A DNA stretch of 63,718 bases, filler included, from Octopus bimaculoides (lineage: Eukaryota), in assembly GCF_001194135.2 (NCBI RefSeq). It is 4 parts of 3 records of this genome, joined end to end, with 100 filler letters (N's around TTAATTAATTAA, not from the genome) between each part and the next. Parts side by side here need not be neighbours in the genome. Positions count along the whole stretch, not along the records: positions 1 to 28,679 come from NC_068983.1; 3 more parts are not named here. The stretch is one strand, 5' to 3'. Made by a program: the position numbers and the translations under genes. Positions 1-11,639 of the stretch are shown here, piece by piece; position 1 is the first letter of the stretch, and every line of letters starts with the position of its first letter. The notes below the pieces were generated by a model that was not told the origin of the DNA, did no database searches, and saw only the letters and a program-made list of their open reading frames with translations.

Positions 1-25
1 ATATATATATATATATATATATATA

Positions 26-951
26 CAGTAACGCCTGAAGGCGCATGGCTCAGTGGTTAGAGCGTCAAGCTTACGATCGCGAAGTTGGGAGTTCGAATCC
101 CGGACCGGGCTGCGTGTTGTGTTCTTGGGCAAAACACTTTATTTCACGTTGCTCCAGTTCATTCAGTTGTAGAAATGAGTTGCGACGTCACAGGTGCCAA
201 GCTGTATCGGCCCCTTTGCCTTTCACTTGGATAACACTGGTGGCGTAGAGAGGGGAGACCGGTGTGCATAGGCGACTGCTAGTCTTCCATAAAACAATCT
301 TGCCCGGACTTGTGCCTGGGAGGGTAACTTTCTAGGTACAACCCCATGGTCAGTCATGACCGAAGGGGGTCTCAGCAACGCCTCGATATACGAGTTAATT
401 TGCTCCCGGAGACCGCTCGTAAAGCGCAAAATCATAAAGCAGAGCAATGATCTTCCTATAGTAGCAATGTTATAAATCAAATTCGTCCCCCCCAAATATT
501 TTATCTATAAAATTTATAATACTCGTAAATGAATGGCAATAAACAACAATAGAATGTAAAGAATATTTTATGCAAAGTAAAAATAATGTCAAGATCATTT
601 ATGGTAAAAAAATATTATTATCATTATTATTATTATTATTATTATTATCGTTTCTGAATCACTTTCACTTGCACTAGACTCGTGCACACCATCACTTGTA
701 GGCGTGATCGCCGATTCACAAGCACTCGCAGACGGACTTGTAGAATTCTTTAAAAAAAAAACAGTCTAGAGTTGTTTGCTTTGAAGAGCTTTTCTTTGCC
801 CTCTGTGAATTTCTCGGTAACACGCAAAAGCATTTGTTATGGTAGTAGAAACTTTTGCACTTCGTTCAAAATTTGGGTCTTATGCTTGAAAAATAAAGGT
901 CGCAAATCCGGGGTCTCGTAAAACGGGTCTTCGAAAAGTGAGGTATTACTG
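26..951. mobile_element. Tigger/pogo-like (Tc1/mariner superfamily) non-autonomous element interrupted by a SINE
   Basis: TA|CAGTAACGCCT(CGATATACGAG) at the left end once the SINE is removed. The right end GAGGTATTACTG|TA reverse-complements to CAGTAATACCTC. CAGT termini with TA flanks. Confidence 0.6.
37..372 (+). mobile_element. tRNA-derived SINE (family D), full length
   Basis: A box TGGCTCAGTGG, B box GAGTTCGAATCCC. Flanked by CAGTAACGCCT (26-36) and CAGCAACGCCT (373-383). Reverse copy at 46520-46830. Confidence 0.85.
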
Positions 952-1038
952 TATATGTACACACACACACACGCGCGCGCACACACAGAGATATGTGTGT
1001 GTGTATCTGTCTGTCTGTCTGTACTTGTTCCCCATCAC

Positions 1039-1081
<43 letters not shown>

Positions 1082-1210
1082 NNNNNNNNNNNNNNNNNNN
1101 NNNNNNNNNNNNNNNNNNNNNNNNNNNNNNNNNNNNNNNNNNNNNNNNNNNNNNNNNNNNNNNNNNNNNNNNNNNNNNNNNNNNNNNNNNNNNNNNACAC
1201 ACACACAGAG

Positions 1211-1245
<35 letters not shown>

Positions 1246-1454
1246 CACACATACATACATGCAAACACACGCACACACACACACACACACTGTCTCTCAC
1301 ACACACAAACACACAGACACACACAGGCACACACGTGTCTTGTCTAGCGGTGGTTTGCCTCAGGGCAAATCCTGTACATGTGAACCTTGTCCAGCACTGT
1401 CTCTGCAACTTGGGAGTGATTGTGTCCTCCCATAGCGCTGTTAGATAAGTTACT

Positions 1455-1600
1455 GAAATTTCGGCTTCTATGACTAGACTTCGGGTGAATATTGGAGCGG
1501 TTTCCCATTGCCTTCTCCAGGTAGGTGGGATTTGAACTCAAAATGTAGAAAGCTGGAAGATATACCGTAGAGCATCTCTACCGTCGCGCTAACAATCCTA
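1455..1600 (-). mobile_element. degenerate SINE B head
   Basis: GGATTTGAACTC reverse B box and similarity to the family B head. Confidence 0.45.
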
Positions 1601-1901
1601 ACAGATCGTGACTATAATACCTTAATTACTTGGCCACACACCTTCACATAGCTATATAAGTATGTATATATGTATGTATGTATACCGGGTGTGACATAAA
1701 CATTTACCCATTATTTATATATGATAATCTACATAATGATTTACTCATTATTCAAACATAACTAGGGAACGTAATGGGAAGCCATTTTGAATTGTAAATA
1801 TGCGTAAAATATTGTCAATAAATATAACAATCTACCCGTAAACTTTCATTAACCAAAACCTAAAATAATAGGCGAATATATATATACATCTGCCTCGTGC
1901 G

Positions 1902-1968
<67 letters not shown>
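1902..1968. repeat. (TG)n microsatellite
   Basis: direct read. Confidence 0.95.
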
Positions 1969-1972
<4 letters not shown>

Positions 1973-2034
1973 CGGGTGCGTGCGTGCATATGTATGTGTA
2001 TGTGCATGAATGTACACGCGTGTGTTTTTTTGTC

Positions 2035-2228
2035 TGTGGTTGACAGCCAGTCTTGATTTGTTAACGTCTCCGCAACCCAGCATTTCGGCAAAAGAAACCG
2101 ATAGAATAAGTACAAGACTTAAAAAGAAAAAGTATTGAGATCGATTTTTTTCGACTAAACTTTTCGAGCTAGTGAGTGCCCCAGTATGGCTGCAGTCCAA
2201 TGACTGAAAGAACGGAAAGATAAAAGAT
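2035..2228 (+). mobile_element. SINE A, 3' half
   Basis: TTCGGCAAAAGAAACCGATAGAATAAGTAC ... GGCTGCAGTCCAATGACTGAAAG, matching 18640-18830. Confidence 0.8.
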
Positions 2229-2469
2229 TTAAAAAGATTACATTTACACAATCTTGATCAGTGTCTAGGAGACCGAGACATGTCAATAGTGTTATTCTTT
2301 GTTTACAAAGTCGTAGCTTACCACTAATTATGCAAATTAGTTGCATGCTATTAGCTTATTTCGCTCATTTTATTTGGTAATTATTTTAATTATACACGCT
2401 AAAATATTTTTGTATTTGTGAAACAGATTTTGGTAACTGATCTGTTACATTTCAGTAGAGTATATGATT

Positions 2470-2498
2470 TTGATGAGTATCCAGTAGACCGAAACGTA
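2470..2498 (+). ncRNA. degenerate hammerhead-like motif
   Basis: TTGATGAG...CGAAACGTA; stems I and II are poor. Confidence 0.25.
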
Positions 2499-2745
2499 TC
2501 TAATATGTATATCATTATTTCTTGCCTACAAACTCTAAATGTTCCACTAAACATGTAAATTAGCTTTCAGCAATTAATTCTTTAAAACTCGTTATTTGCG
2601 AGATCTGGAATGACTATTCACATATTTGTTCTTAACACATCTAGGTATATTCAGACTCAAAATATGCTGGTCACCGTAGTGTATGTAAGAGAGGAGTAAC
2701 TTTTTATGAGTGTGTTTAAGACACTCGGCTCGTTGACGCACGGCA

Positions 2746-2791
2746 TTCTGGAGCCCCGGTGTTTCGACATCTGATGCCTCGTCGGTCAGAA
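2746..2791 (-). ncRNA. hammerhead-like motif (type I topology, variant core)
   Basis: Minus strand TTCTG-a-CCGACGA-GGCAT cag ATGTC-GAAAC-accggggcTC-CAGAA; stems I and II pair. Confidence 0.4.
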
Positions 2792-3054
2792 GTAGCCGGA
2801 ACTCTGAGCCTAACGCAGCTGTTGGCTTTGTCTACATTGCATAAATACAACGTATCAAAACACCAGTGTTGTAGAATGATATGCGCCAATGATCTGAGTG
2901 TGTCAAACACACCGACGTCTAAAAAGGAAAAAAATTATTCTCCTATGACATATACTACAGAGACGAGCATATTTTGCATCTGAATCTGTTTAGACGTGTT
3001 AAGAATAAATATACGAAAAATCATCCGTAATTAATTCTCGATTTAATGAAATTA

Positions 3055-3255
3055 GAATATGGTGAGCTGGCAGAATCGTTGGCACGCCGGGCAAAATGCT
3101 TAACGGCATTTCGTTGTGAGTTCGAATTCCGCCAGGTCGATTTTGCCTTTCATCGTTTGTCGATAAAATGGGTACCAGTGAAGCATAGGGGTCGATCTAA
3201 TCGACTTGGCCACTCTCCCGAAATTGCTGGTCTTGTGCCAAAATTAGAAATCAAT
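3055..3255 (+). mobile_element. SINE B monomer
   Basis: GAGCTGGCAGAATCGTTGGCACGCCGGG head, GAGTTCGAATTCC B box, GGGGTCGATCTAATCGAC module. Confidence 0.85.
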
Positions 3256-3585
3256 TTAATGAAATTATCTTCCTCTAACTAACAGTTATGCTCCCCCTTA
3301 TTAACTGAAACTCGCTAACAATTTGCAATTAAGATTTTCTTTTCTGTTTATAAATTTGAAGTTAAATTCTGATCGATTAAGAAATTGTTTTGCTTACGTC
3401 ATTCGGTACATCACCATGGAATTCATTTAGCCAAAACTTAATATTTCCTCTTCCATAATGTTTTCTTATTCTCCTGTGCATTGAACTAACAAGATCGCCT
3501 TTGAGCATATATACATTACCTTATCTTTATTCCAAACGATGTAATCGATTAGCTGCAACCTGGGTTAGTATTTGGATTTTATACT

Positions 3586-3812
3586 GTATGTATGTATGTA
3601 TGTATGTATACGTGCAGATTATTTGTATGTCTTGTTTTATGTATGTATTCTCATACATATACTTGCATATCTAGACATGTTCATATATACTTGAATGATA
3701 AAATTCTGGAACGTTTTACAAATTTTTACAGTTGCAGTGTAGTCTTCGAATCAGCTTTCTCCTTTCTGGTTTTGAGAAGCCTAATTTCTCAAGATTGGTA
3801 TTCAGTCAGTAT
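3586..3812 (-). mobile_element. partial 3' fragment of RLE LINE family 2
   Basis: Homologous to parts of the copies at 4881-5324 and 5343-5700. Confidence 0.7.
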
Positions 3813-3842
3813 TTCTCAAGTCTGGTATTGAATATTTATATA

Positions 3843-3982
3843 TAGGTGTAGGCGTGGTTGTGTGGTGAGAAGTTTGCTTCTAGGTTCAGTCCTACTGCGT
3901 GGAACCTTGGGAACGTGTCTTCCACTATAGCCTCGGGTCGACCAAAGTCTTGTGAGTGGATTTGATAGGCGGAAACTGAAAT
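3843..3982 (+). mobile_element. SINE A, 5' half
   Basis: GGTTCAGTCCTACTGCGTGG...GACCAAAGTCTTGTGAGTGGATTTG...GGAAACTGAAA. Confidence 0.8.
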
Positions 3983-4233
3983 ATCTTCTCTAGTATTATC
4001 AAAATACCATCACTTAGCAGAGCTAAGATGATTTTATTGTTCACTGGAAGTTTTTCCTACCATGACTGTATTTATGTTGTGACTATTCTGTGGCACAAAA
4101 ATATTTTTGATTTCTATTTTTAGCGATGCAGGTACTCATGTAGTACCCTGTATATATATATATATATATATGAATGTTTTATTAATTTGCCACTAGTGAT
4201 GGTATTTTGATAATACTAATATTTTCACATTTA

Positions 4234-4283
<50 letters not shown>

Positions 4284-4304
4284 TATATGCAGGTGTTTGT
4301 GTGT

Positions 4305-4485
4305 GTGTGTGCTTCTCATCATCGCTTGATAAGCGGCGTTGGTGTGCTTACGCCACCGTAACTTAGAGGTTCGAGTAAGGGGATTAAGAACAGATAAGTA
4401 CTGATGTCGATTCACTTCACTAAAATTCTTCGAAGTGTTGCCCCAGCCTGGCCGCAATCTAATGATTAACACAAATGAAAGACAG
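4305..4485 (+). mobile_element. SINE A, 3' half
   Basis: CATCGCTTGATAAGCG...CCGTAACTTAG...CCCCAGCCTGGCCGCA. Confidence 0.7.
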
Positions 4486-4654
4486 AAGATATTGAATTGG
4501 TCGTATGTTTGTTACAGTGACTTCCAGTGTTTGTCCCTGCTCACAGCAATCAAATCGAAATAGGATCAATGTGACAGATACAAGCCTGTAACTTCAGCAT
4601 TACGGATACAATCAAGCTGATGGTACTGTATACTGTTTTCGTTCACTTACTTTC

Positions 4655-4760
4655 TCTCACAAGATACTGGTCGATCCGAGGCTGTTGAAAATATTTGTCC
4701 TAGATGCCACACAGTAGTATCGAACCCGGGCTCTTGTGTCGAACCCAGGACCATTCGGAC
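4655..4760 (-). mobile_element. SINE A head fragment
   Basis: reverse B box (GAACCCGG) and GGTCGATCCGAGGCT. Confidence 0.55.
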
Positions 4761-4769
4761 ACACACACA

Positions 4770-4842
<73 letters not shown>
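4761..4842. repeat. (TCTA)n microsatellite
   Basis: direct read. Confidence 0.95.
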
Positions 4843-4843
<1 letters not shown>

Positions 4844-4880
4844 GTTCTCATGAATGCATGCGTGTATGTATGTAATGTAT

Positions 4881-5324
4881 GTCATTATTCAGTTTATTTC
4901 CAGATCTCTTGCCAGTAGAGAAAGAACCGGTTTCTAACCTAAATCCAAGGTTCCTTCATTGGAATTTCAACATCAAGAACAGGGTATGTATGTATGTATG
5001 TATGTATGTATGTATGTATGTATGTATGCATGTATGTATGTATGTATGTATGTATGTATGTATGTTTTGTTTTATGTATGTATTCTCATGCGTATAGTTG
5101 CATATCTAAACATGCTCATATATATTTAAATGATAAGCTTCTGGAAAGTTTTACAGATTTTTACAGTTCCAGTGATGGATTGGATCTGTAACCTTCGAAT
5201 TAGCTTTCTTCCTCCTTTCTGGTTTTGAGAAGCCTTATTTCTCAAGATTGGTATTTAGGCAGTGCGTTACATATCCCAGGGCCCCAATAATTAGAGGTAT
5301 AAACCTGAACTTGTAATCTGGATA
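4881..5324 (-). mobile_element. 5'-truncated RLE-type (R2 group, R4/Dong-like) LINE family 2: ORF end plus 3' UTR
   Basis: Minus translation YPDYKFRFIPLIIGALGYVTHCLNTNLEK*GFSKPERR.. carries the IIGALG RLE C-terminal motif. The 3' end runs into an ACAT repeat. Confidence 0.75.
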
Positions 5325-5342
5325 ATGTATGTATATATATAT

Positions 5343-5700
5343 GTCATTATTCAGTTTTATTACAAGATTTCTTGCCTATAGAGAAAGAGTCGGTTTCTAA
5401 CCCAGATCAAGGCTCCTTCATTGGAATTTCAACATCAACAACAGGATATTTTTGTATGTATGTATGTATGTATGTATATGTGCAGATTATTTGTATGTTT
5501 TGTATTATATATGTATTATCATGCGTATACTTGCATATCTAGACGTGTTCATATATACTTGAATGATAAACCTCTGGAAAATTTTACAGATTTTACAGAT
5601 CCAGTGATGGCTTGGATCTGTAGTCCTCGAATCAGCTTTCTCCTTTCCGGTTTTGAGAAGCCTAATTTCTCAAGATTGGTATCTAAGCAGTGTGTTACAT
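5343..5700 (-). mobile_element. second head-to-tail copy of the RLE LINE family 2 3' end
   Basis: Direct repeat of 4881-5271; translates LEKLGFSKPERRKLIRGLQIQAITG. Confidence 0.75.
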
Positions 5701-5898
5701 ATGTATGTATGTATATATGTATGTATTTATGTATGTATGTATGTATGTATTTATGTATTTATGTATGTATGTATGTATTTATGTATGTATGTATGTATGT
5801 ATGTATGTATGTATGTATGTATGTATGCATGAATGCATGAATGTATGTATGTATGTATGTATGTATGTATGTATGTATGTATGTATGTGTGTATGTAT
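5700..5898. repeat. (TATG)n microsatellite
   Basis: direct read. Confidence 0.95.
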
Positions 5899-6310
5899 GA
5901 GTTCAAATTCAATCCGTTGAGGTTAACTTTATCTTTCTTCATTTCAGAGGATCGATAAACTGTATAGCAGTCAAATGCTGAATGAGGGGGGAGATTTAAT
6001 TACCGTACATCTCCCCTAGAATTGAGGATCTCGTGTTAATGTTACAAATTATTATCACCATACATCATATCCTTCATAAAAGATGATGGGTTTCTAAAAT
6101 CGCTTGATCATAATCACTGTGTTATATGCTTATGCAGTATTTAGTTGCAGTAATTTAGCTCAAGTTCTTAGTTCAAATCCAGCTACTTGTCACCTTTGCC
6201 TCTTATCATTCCAGGACGGTTAAAATAAAGTACCAGTCAAGTGCTGGAGTCAATTAAATCGACATAACCCACACTTAGATTCTGTGAAATTGCGGCAATA
6301 TTAAAAATCA
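5895..6310 (+). mobile_element. two degenerate SINE B remnants (about 5895-6060 and 6120-6310)
   Basis: GTTCAAATTC / GTTCAAATCC B boxes, TTTGCCTC, AATAAAGTACCAGTC. Confidence 0.45.
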
Positions 6311-6534
6311 ATACTATATCTTTCCATAGAAGAACGAAATACCCCGAACGTAATGGTAGCATTATGGCTTACAAGGTAAATGCATTATTCTGCTTAAGCC
6401 GATGTTACAGACTTGATGGATCGTTAAATAGATGTCTTTTTGCATTGTAGGTGGGAAGTTAGAAATCATTTATTCATTTAGTTTCGAGTCATAGAGAAGA
6501 AGAGAAACTACTAAAGAGCAAACTGCTTAAACCA

Positions 6535-6600
<66 letters not shown>

Positions 6601-7674
6601 NNNNNNNNNNNNNNNNNNNNNNNNNNNNNNNNNNNNNNNNNNNNNNNNNNNNNNNNNNNNNNNNNNNNNNNNNNNNNNNNNNNNNNNNNNNNNNNNNNNN
6701 NNNNNNNNNNNNNNNNNNNNNNNNNNNNNNNNNNNNNNNNNNNNNNNNNNNNNNNNNNNNNNNNNNNNNNNNNNNNNNNNNNNNNNNNNNNNNNNNNNNN
6801 NNNNNNNNNNNNNNNNNNNNNNNNNNNNNNNNNNNNNNNNNNNNNNNNNNNNNNNNNNNNNNNNNNNNNNNNNNNNNNNNNNNNNNNNNNNNNNNNNNNN
6901 NNNNNNNNNNNNNNNNNNNNNNNNNNNNNNNNNNNNNNNNNNNNNNNNNNNNNNNNNNNNNNNNNNNNNNNNNNNNNNNNNNNNNNNNNNNNNNNNNNNN
7001 NNNNNNNNNNNNNNNNNNNNNNNNNNNNNNNNNNNNNNNNNNNNNNNNNNNNNNNNNNNNNNNNNNNNNNNNNNNNNNNNNNNNNNNNNNNNNNNNNNNN
7101 NNNNNNNNNNNNNNNNNNNNNNNNNNNNNNNNNNNNNNNNNNNNNNNNNNNNNNNNNATATGTATATATGTATATATATATACACGCACAGTATGTGCAT
7201 GCATTATATCGTGTTTTAATATAAATATATAGACATATATACACAGACACATGCACCACCCCATCATCACAATATATATATATATATATATATATATGTA
7301 CCCGTAAATAAACGCATTCTCATTATCTCTGTACCTTTCCTCCACTTTCTCTCTCTTTAAACCGGAGACAGATCTGAAATGGAATACTAAGTGAAGTCGC
7401 TGTTGGAACTCTATGCTAAACTAACTTGAAAGACGAGTAGATTGCATTAGATTTATTTCTTCACAACACTTCACTTCAATAAAATGATTAAGTCATTAAA
7501 TAAATGTACAGAAAGTAATATCTTATTGCTAATAGTTCAATAATGGCTACATGGATTATGGATTTTGTGTTCGATTTGATTTTTATCGGTACGTACTATG
7601 TAAGAATATGAGGTTTTTAGAAAGGAATATTTGGTTTGAAAAAGTACCTCAGCAATGTAAATTAATTCGTAGCA

Positions 7675-7826
7675 TGTAAAGAAGCTTGGTTCCTAACCAC
7701 GTGGTTTCGGGTTCACTCCCACTGCATGGTATCTTAGGCATGTTTCTACAGCTATCGCATCGGGCCGACCAAAGATTTATGATTGGATTTGGTAGGCGGA
7801 GGAGGAAACTGAAATAAGTCCGCCGT
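7675..7826 (+). mobile_element. SINE A, 5' half
   Basis: CTAACCACGTGGTTTCGGGTTCACTCCCACTGC...GGGCCGACCAAAG. Confidence 0.8.
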
Positions 7827-8716
7827 ATATATATATATATATATATNNNNNNNNNNNNNNNNNNNNNNNNNNNNNNNNNNNNNNNNNNNNNNNNNNNNNN
7901 NNNNNNNNNNNNNNNNNNNNNNNNNNNNNNNNNNNNNNNNNNNNNNNNNNNNNNNNNNNNNNNNNNNNNNNNNNNNNNNNNNNNNNNNNNNNNNNNNNNN
8001 NNNNNNNNNNNNNNNNNNNNNNNNNNNNNNNNNNNNNNNNNNNNNNNNNNNNNNNNNNNNNNNNNNNNNNNNNNNNNNNNNNNNNNNNNNNNNNNNNNNN
8101 NNNNNNNNNNNNNNNNNNNNNNNNNNNNNNNNNNNNNNNNNNNNNNNNNNNNNNNNNNNNNNNNNNNNNNNNNNNNNNNNNNNNNNNNNNNNNNNNNNNN
8201 NNNNNNNNNNNNNNNNNNNNNNNNNNNNNNNNNNNNNNNNNNNNNNNNNNNNNNNNNNNNNNNNNNNNNNNNNNNNNNNNNNNNNNNNNNNNNNNNNNNN
8301 NNNNNNNNNNNNNNNNNNNNNNNNNNNNNNNNNNNNNNNNNNNNNNNNNNNNNNNNNNNNNNNNNNNNNNNNNNNNNNNNNNNNNNNNNNNNNNNNNNNN
8401 NNNNNNNNNNNNNNNNNNNNNNNNNNNNNNNNNNNNNNNNNNNNNNNNNNNNNNNNNNNNNNNNNNNNNNNNNNNNNNNNNNNNNNNNNNNNNNNNNNNN
8501 NNNNNNNNNNNNNNNNNNNNNNNNNNNNNNNNNNNNNNNNNNNNNNNNNNNNNNNNNNNNNNNNNNNNNNNNNNNNNNNNNNNNNNNNNNNNNNNNNNNN
8601 NNNNNNNNNNNNNNNNNNNNNNNNNNNNNNNNNNNNNNNNNNNNNNNNNNNNNNNNNNNNNNNNNNNNNNNNNNNNNNNNNNNNNNNNNNNNNNNNNNNN
8701 NNNNNNNNNNNNNTCT

Positions 8717-8756
<40 letters not shown>

Positions 8757-9532
8757 ACAAATAAGCACACCTACACATATATATATATATACATACATAT
8801 GAATAGTTTCATATCTATTATATAATATTCAATAAATACTTGTTTTCTAATCTAACTTCTTTCCACTACATGTTCTCGAACTGTGTCTTCAACATCGCTC
8901 TCAAAGACTGCACTTCTTTATAATCCAAACTCTCTTTATCTCTTCCCATTTCACTGAACATTAACACTTTTAACATCCTCAAAAAACCTCTTACAGTCTC
9001 TATGCCCTAAGTCCTCGAGCTATCTGCGCAAACTGTGTATACGGCTCTATTGCCTCTTTTCCCGAAACTGAAGTTTTAATAATATATACACAATCGTTAT
9101 TATATGCTTTTGCTCCACGTAAGATAACTTATGTAAAAGTAAAAACGGAAACTGTTAAAATGCAATTACTCTTCGCTTTATTGTTTTTCACACACAATGT
9201 TAATTCTTTTTGTGAAGTGAGATTCCGTACTCAGTTATTATCAACTGTTGCTTAATCAATATTCAGTTCGGTAAGATGTATTTTCTTTTCCCCATCGCTT
9301 TATTTAAAGACTCTTAGCACCACATCGTCTAAGGTATTATTAGCAATATCAAGAGTGTTTGAATAGCATCGTTGCCTGGTTTATAGTGCAACAGATAACT
9401 CATGGCGAAATTATTAATTCGTATTGTGCTGCTGGTGTTGCGTTGAGTCTGTGGTCAATTCAGACACTAAACTTTTATCAGACGAGAGAGTGCGACATTC
9501 ACTTGTTTTCTTTTCTTTTTTTTGTGTCTATA

Positions 9533-9940
9533 GTTTCAGCTCAGAGCTGCGGCCATGCTGATGCACCGCCGTTTTGCTACACTGTTATCACTGAGAGCCT
9601 CCTCCAATATGTGACGCTTGGTGAAGAATGGAGTTTGATGTAGCTATCCTCATTTGCACCTCTTGCCGTGAGGTAGGTTCATCTGGGACTCTCAACAAGA
9701 AGAGGTCCAGCTTTGATTTAAAAACCCCTACATCTACTTTGTGCAGGTTCCTCAGGCTCTTTGGGAGAGCATTAAAAAGCTGTGGGCCCCTGAAACCCAA
9801 ACTGTTGCAGTAACTGGTCCTGAAGCGCGATGGCATTGCTGGGATCTTTGGCACTATGCAGTGTCGTCCCGTTTTGGCATTGGTGTAGCTTTCAATGTCA
9901 AAATTTGGCACAATTCCTTCCAGGATCTTCCAGATGTTTT
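9533..9940 (-). mobile_element. CR1/L2-group LINE 3' end (RT C-terminus plus short 3' UTR)
   Basis: IWKILEGIVPN...GPQLFNALPKSLRN...FKSKLDLFLLRVPDEP...SNSILHQ. Second copy at 63494-63718. Confidence 0.85.
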
Positions 9941-10967
9941 CAAATAGATAAAGAAACACTAACACAATTTTGTTGTATCCCTGGAAGGTCATAATGCCAT
10001 TAATAAACACACGCGTCGTTCTGTTTAACTTCTTTTATTCTTGCTATTCAATTGGTTAATCATTTAACCAGTTAAATTATTGATTGTTTAATTAATCGTT
10101 CGGTTAGTCAATCAGTCAACAAGGTTTGTTGAAGTCTTTTCCTTGCCATTCCAAATTTTAAAATTTTCACTTAATTTTAAAGTTTCAAAATATGTTGACA
10201 ACAGAAAAGATCTCTTTCATTTTCTCGTGATAATCTTTCTTACTCTCTACAAAATTATATCGCCAACGCTGAGTGTGTGTGCGCGCACGTGTGTGTGTGT
10301 GTGTTTATCAGTGTGTGTCTATGCATGTGTGTAAGGAATTTCATTAGGACGACTGTGATTGAAAAAAGGTATGTAAAAGATGATTTATTTTAACACCATA
10401 CTTTTCTGTTAGTAAATATGATTTTTCTTACACACACACACACACACACACACTCATGCATTGACTAGCTCGATGTGGGGGGNNNNNNNNNNNNNNNNNN
10501 NNNNNNNNNNNNNNNNNNNNNNNNNNNNNNNNNNNNNNNNNNNNNNNNNNNNNNNNNNNNNNNNNNNNNNNNNNNNNNNNNNNNNNNNNNNNNNNNNNNN
10601 NNNNNNNNNNNNNNNNNNNNNNNNNNNNNNNNNNNNNNNNNNNNNNNNNNNNNNNNNNNNNNNNNNNNNNNNNNNNNNNNNNNNNNNNNNNNNNNNNNNN
10701 NNNNNNNNNNNNNNNNNNNNNNNNNNNNNNNNNNNNNNNNNNNNNNNNNNNNNNNNNNNNNNNNNNNNNNNNNNNNNNNNNNNNNNNNNNNNNNNNNNNN
10801 NNNNNNNNNNNNNNNNNNNNNNNNNNNNNNNNNNNNNNNNNNNNNNNNNNNNNNNNNNNNNNNNNNNNNNNNNNNNNNNNNNNNNNNNNNNNNNNNNNNN
10901 NNNNNNNNNNNNNNNNNNNNNNNNNNNNNNNNNNNNNNNNNNNNNNNNNNNNNNNNNNNNNNNNNNG

Positions 10968-11322
10968 GACTCGCGGTCATAGGATCGCGGTTTCGATTCC
11001 CAGACCGGGCGTTGTGAGTGTTTATTGAGCAATAACACCTAAAGCTCCACGAGGCTCTGGCAGGGGATGGTGGCGAACCCTGCTGTACTCTTTCACCACA
11101 ACTTTCTCTCACTCTTTCTTCCTGTTTCTGTTGTACCTGTATTTCAAAGGGCCAGCCTTGTCACACTGTGTCACGCTGAATATCCCCGAGAACTACTTTG
11201 ACGGTACACGTGTCTGTGGAGTGCTCAGCCACTTGCACGTTAATTTCACGAGCAGGCTGTTCCGTTGATGGGATCAAACTGGAACCCTCGACGTCGTAAC
11301 CGAAGGAGTGCCAACAACAACT
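10968..11322 (+). mobile_element. tRNA-derived SINE (family C)
   Basis: GGTTTCGATTCCC B box; long body ending GGAGTGCCAACAACAAC. The 5' end is lost in a gap. Confidence 0.75.
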
Positions 11323-11494
11323 TAAGCTTACATCGATTCCTCCGTGGTGTTGCTTTGTATTTATAATAAAATAAATATGTACAAATTATAAGAAAAATAA
11401 TACAAAAATATACAGTACAGTACTGTTTCTACCTTACAGATTTTGGAACGTAACAACCATGATCGTTGAGGGATTACTGTATATTAATTGCTGT

Positions 11495-11600
11495 TCTTAT
11501 AACCCATTCTACTAAAAGAACAAGGCCTGAAATTTTGGAGGAAAGGGGTTACGTCGATTACATCGGCCCCAGTACACAACTAATACTTATTTTAGCAGAT
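11495..11600 (-). mobile_element. SINE B 3' fragment
   Basis: ACAAGGCCTGAAATTTTGG...GTCGATTACATCGGCCCCAGT. Confidence 0.7.
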
Positions 11601-11639
11601 CGAACCGTCTCAAGTGTAACTGTCCAAAATGGTCATGAC

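Noticed and set aside
37-110. tRNA gene at SINE heads
   Set aside because: A and B boxes are present but there is no closed acceptor stem, and the sequence continues into a SINE body with a TSD.
2716-2918. Minus-strand terminal exon after a good acceptor (TTTTTTTCCTTTTTAG)
   Set aside because: The peptide is unrecognisable, there is no partner exon, and the patch is explained at least as well by a repeat with a hammerhead-like motif.
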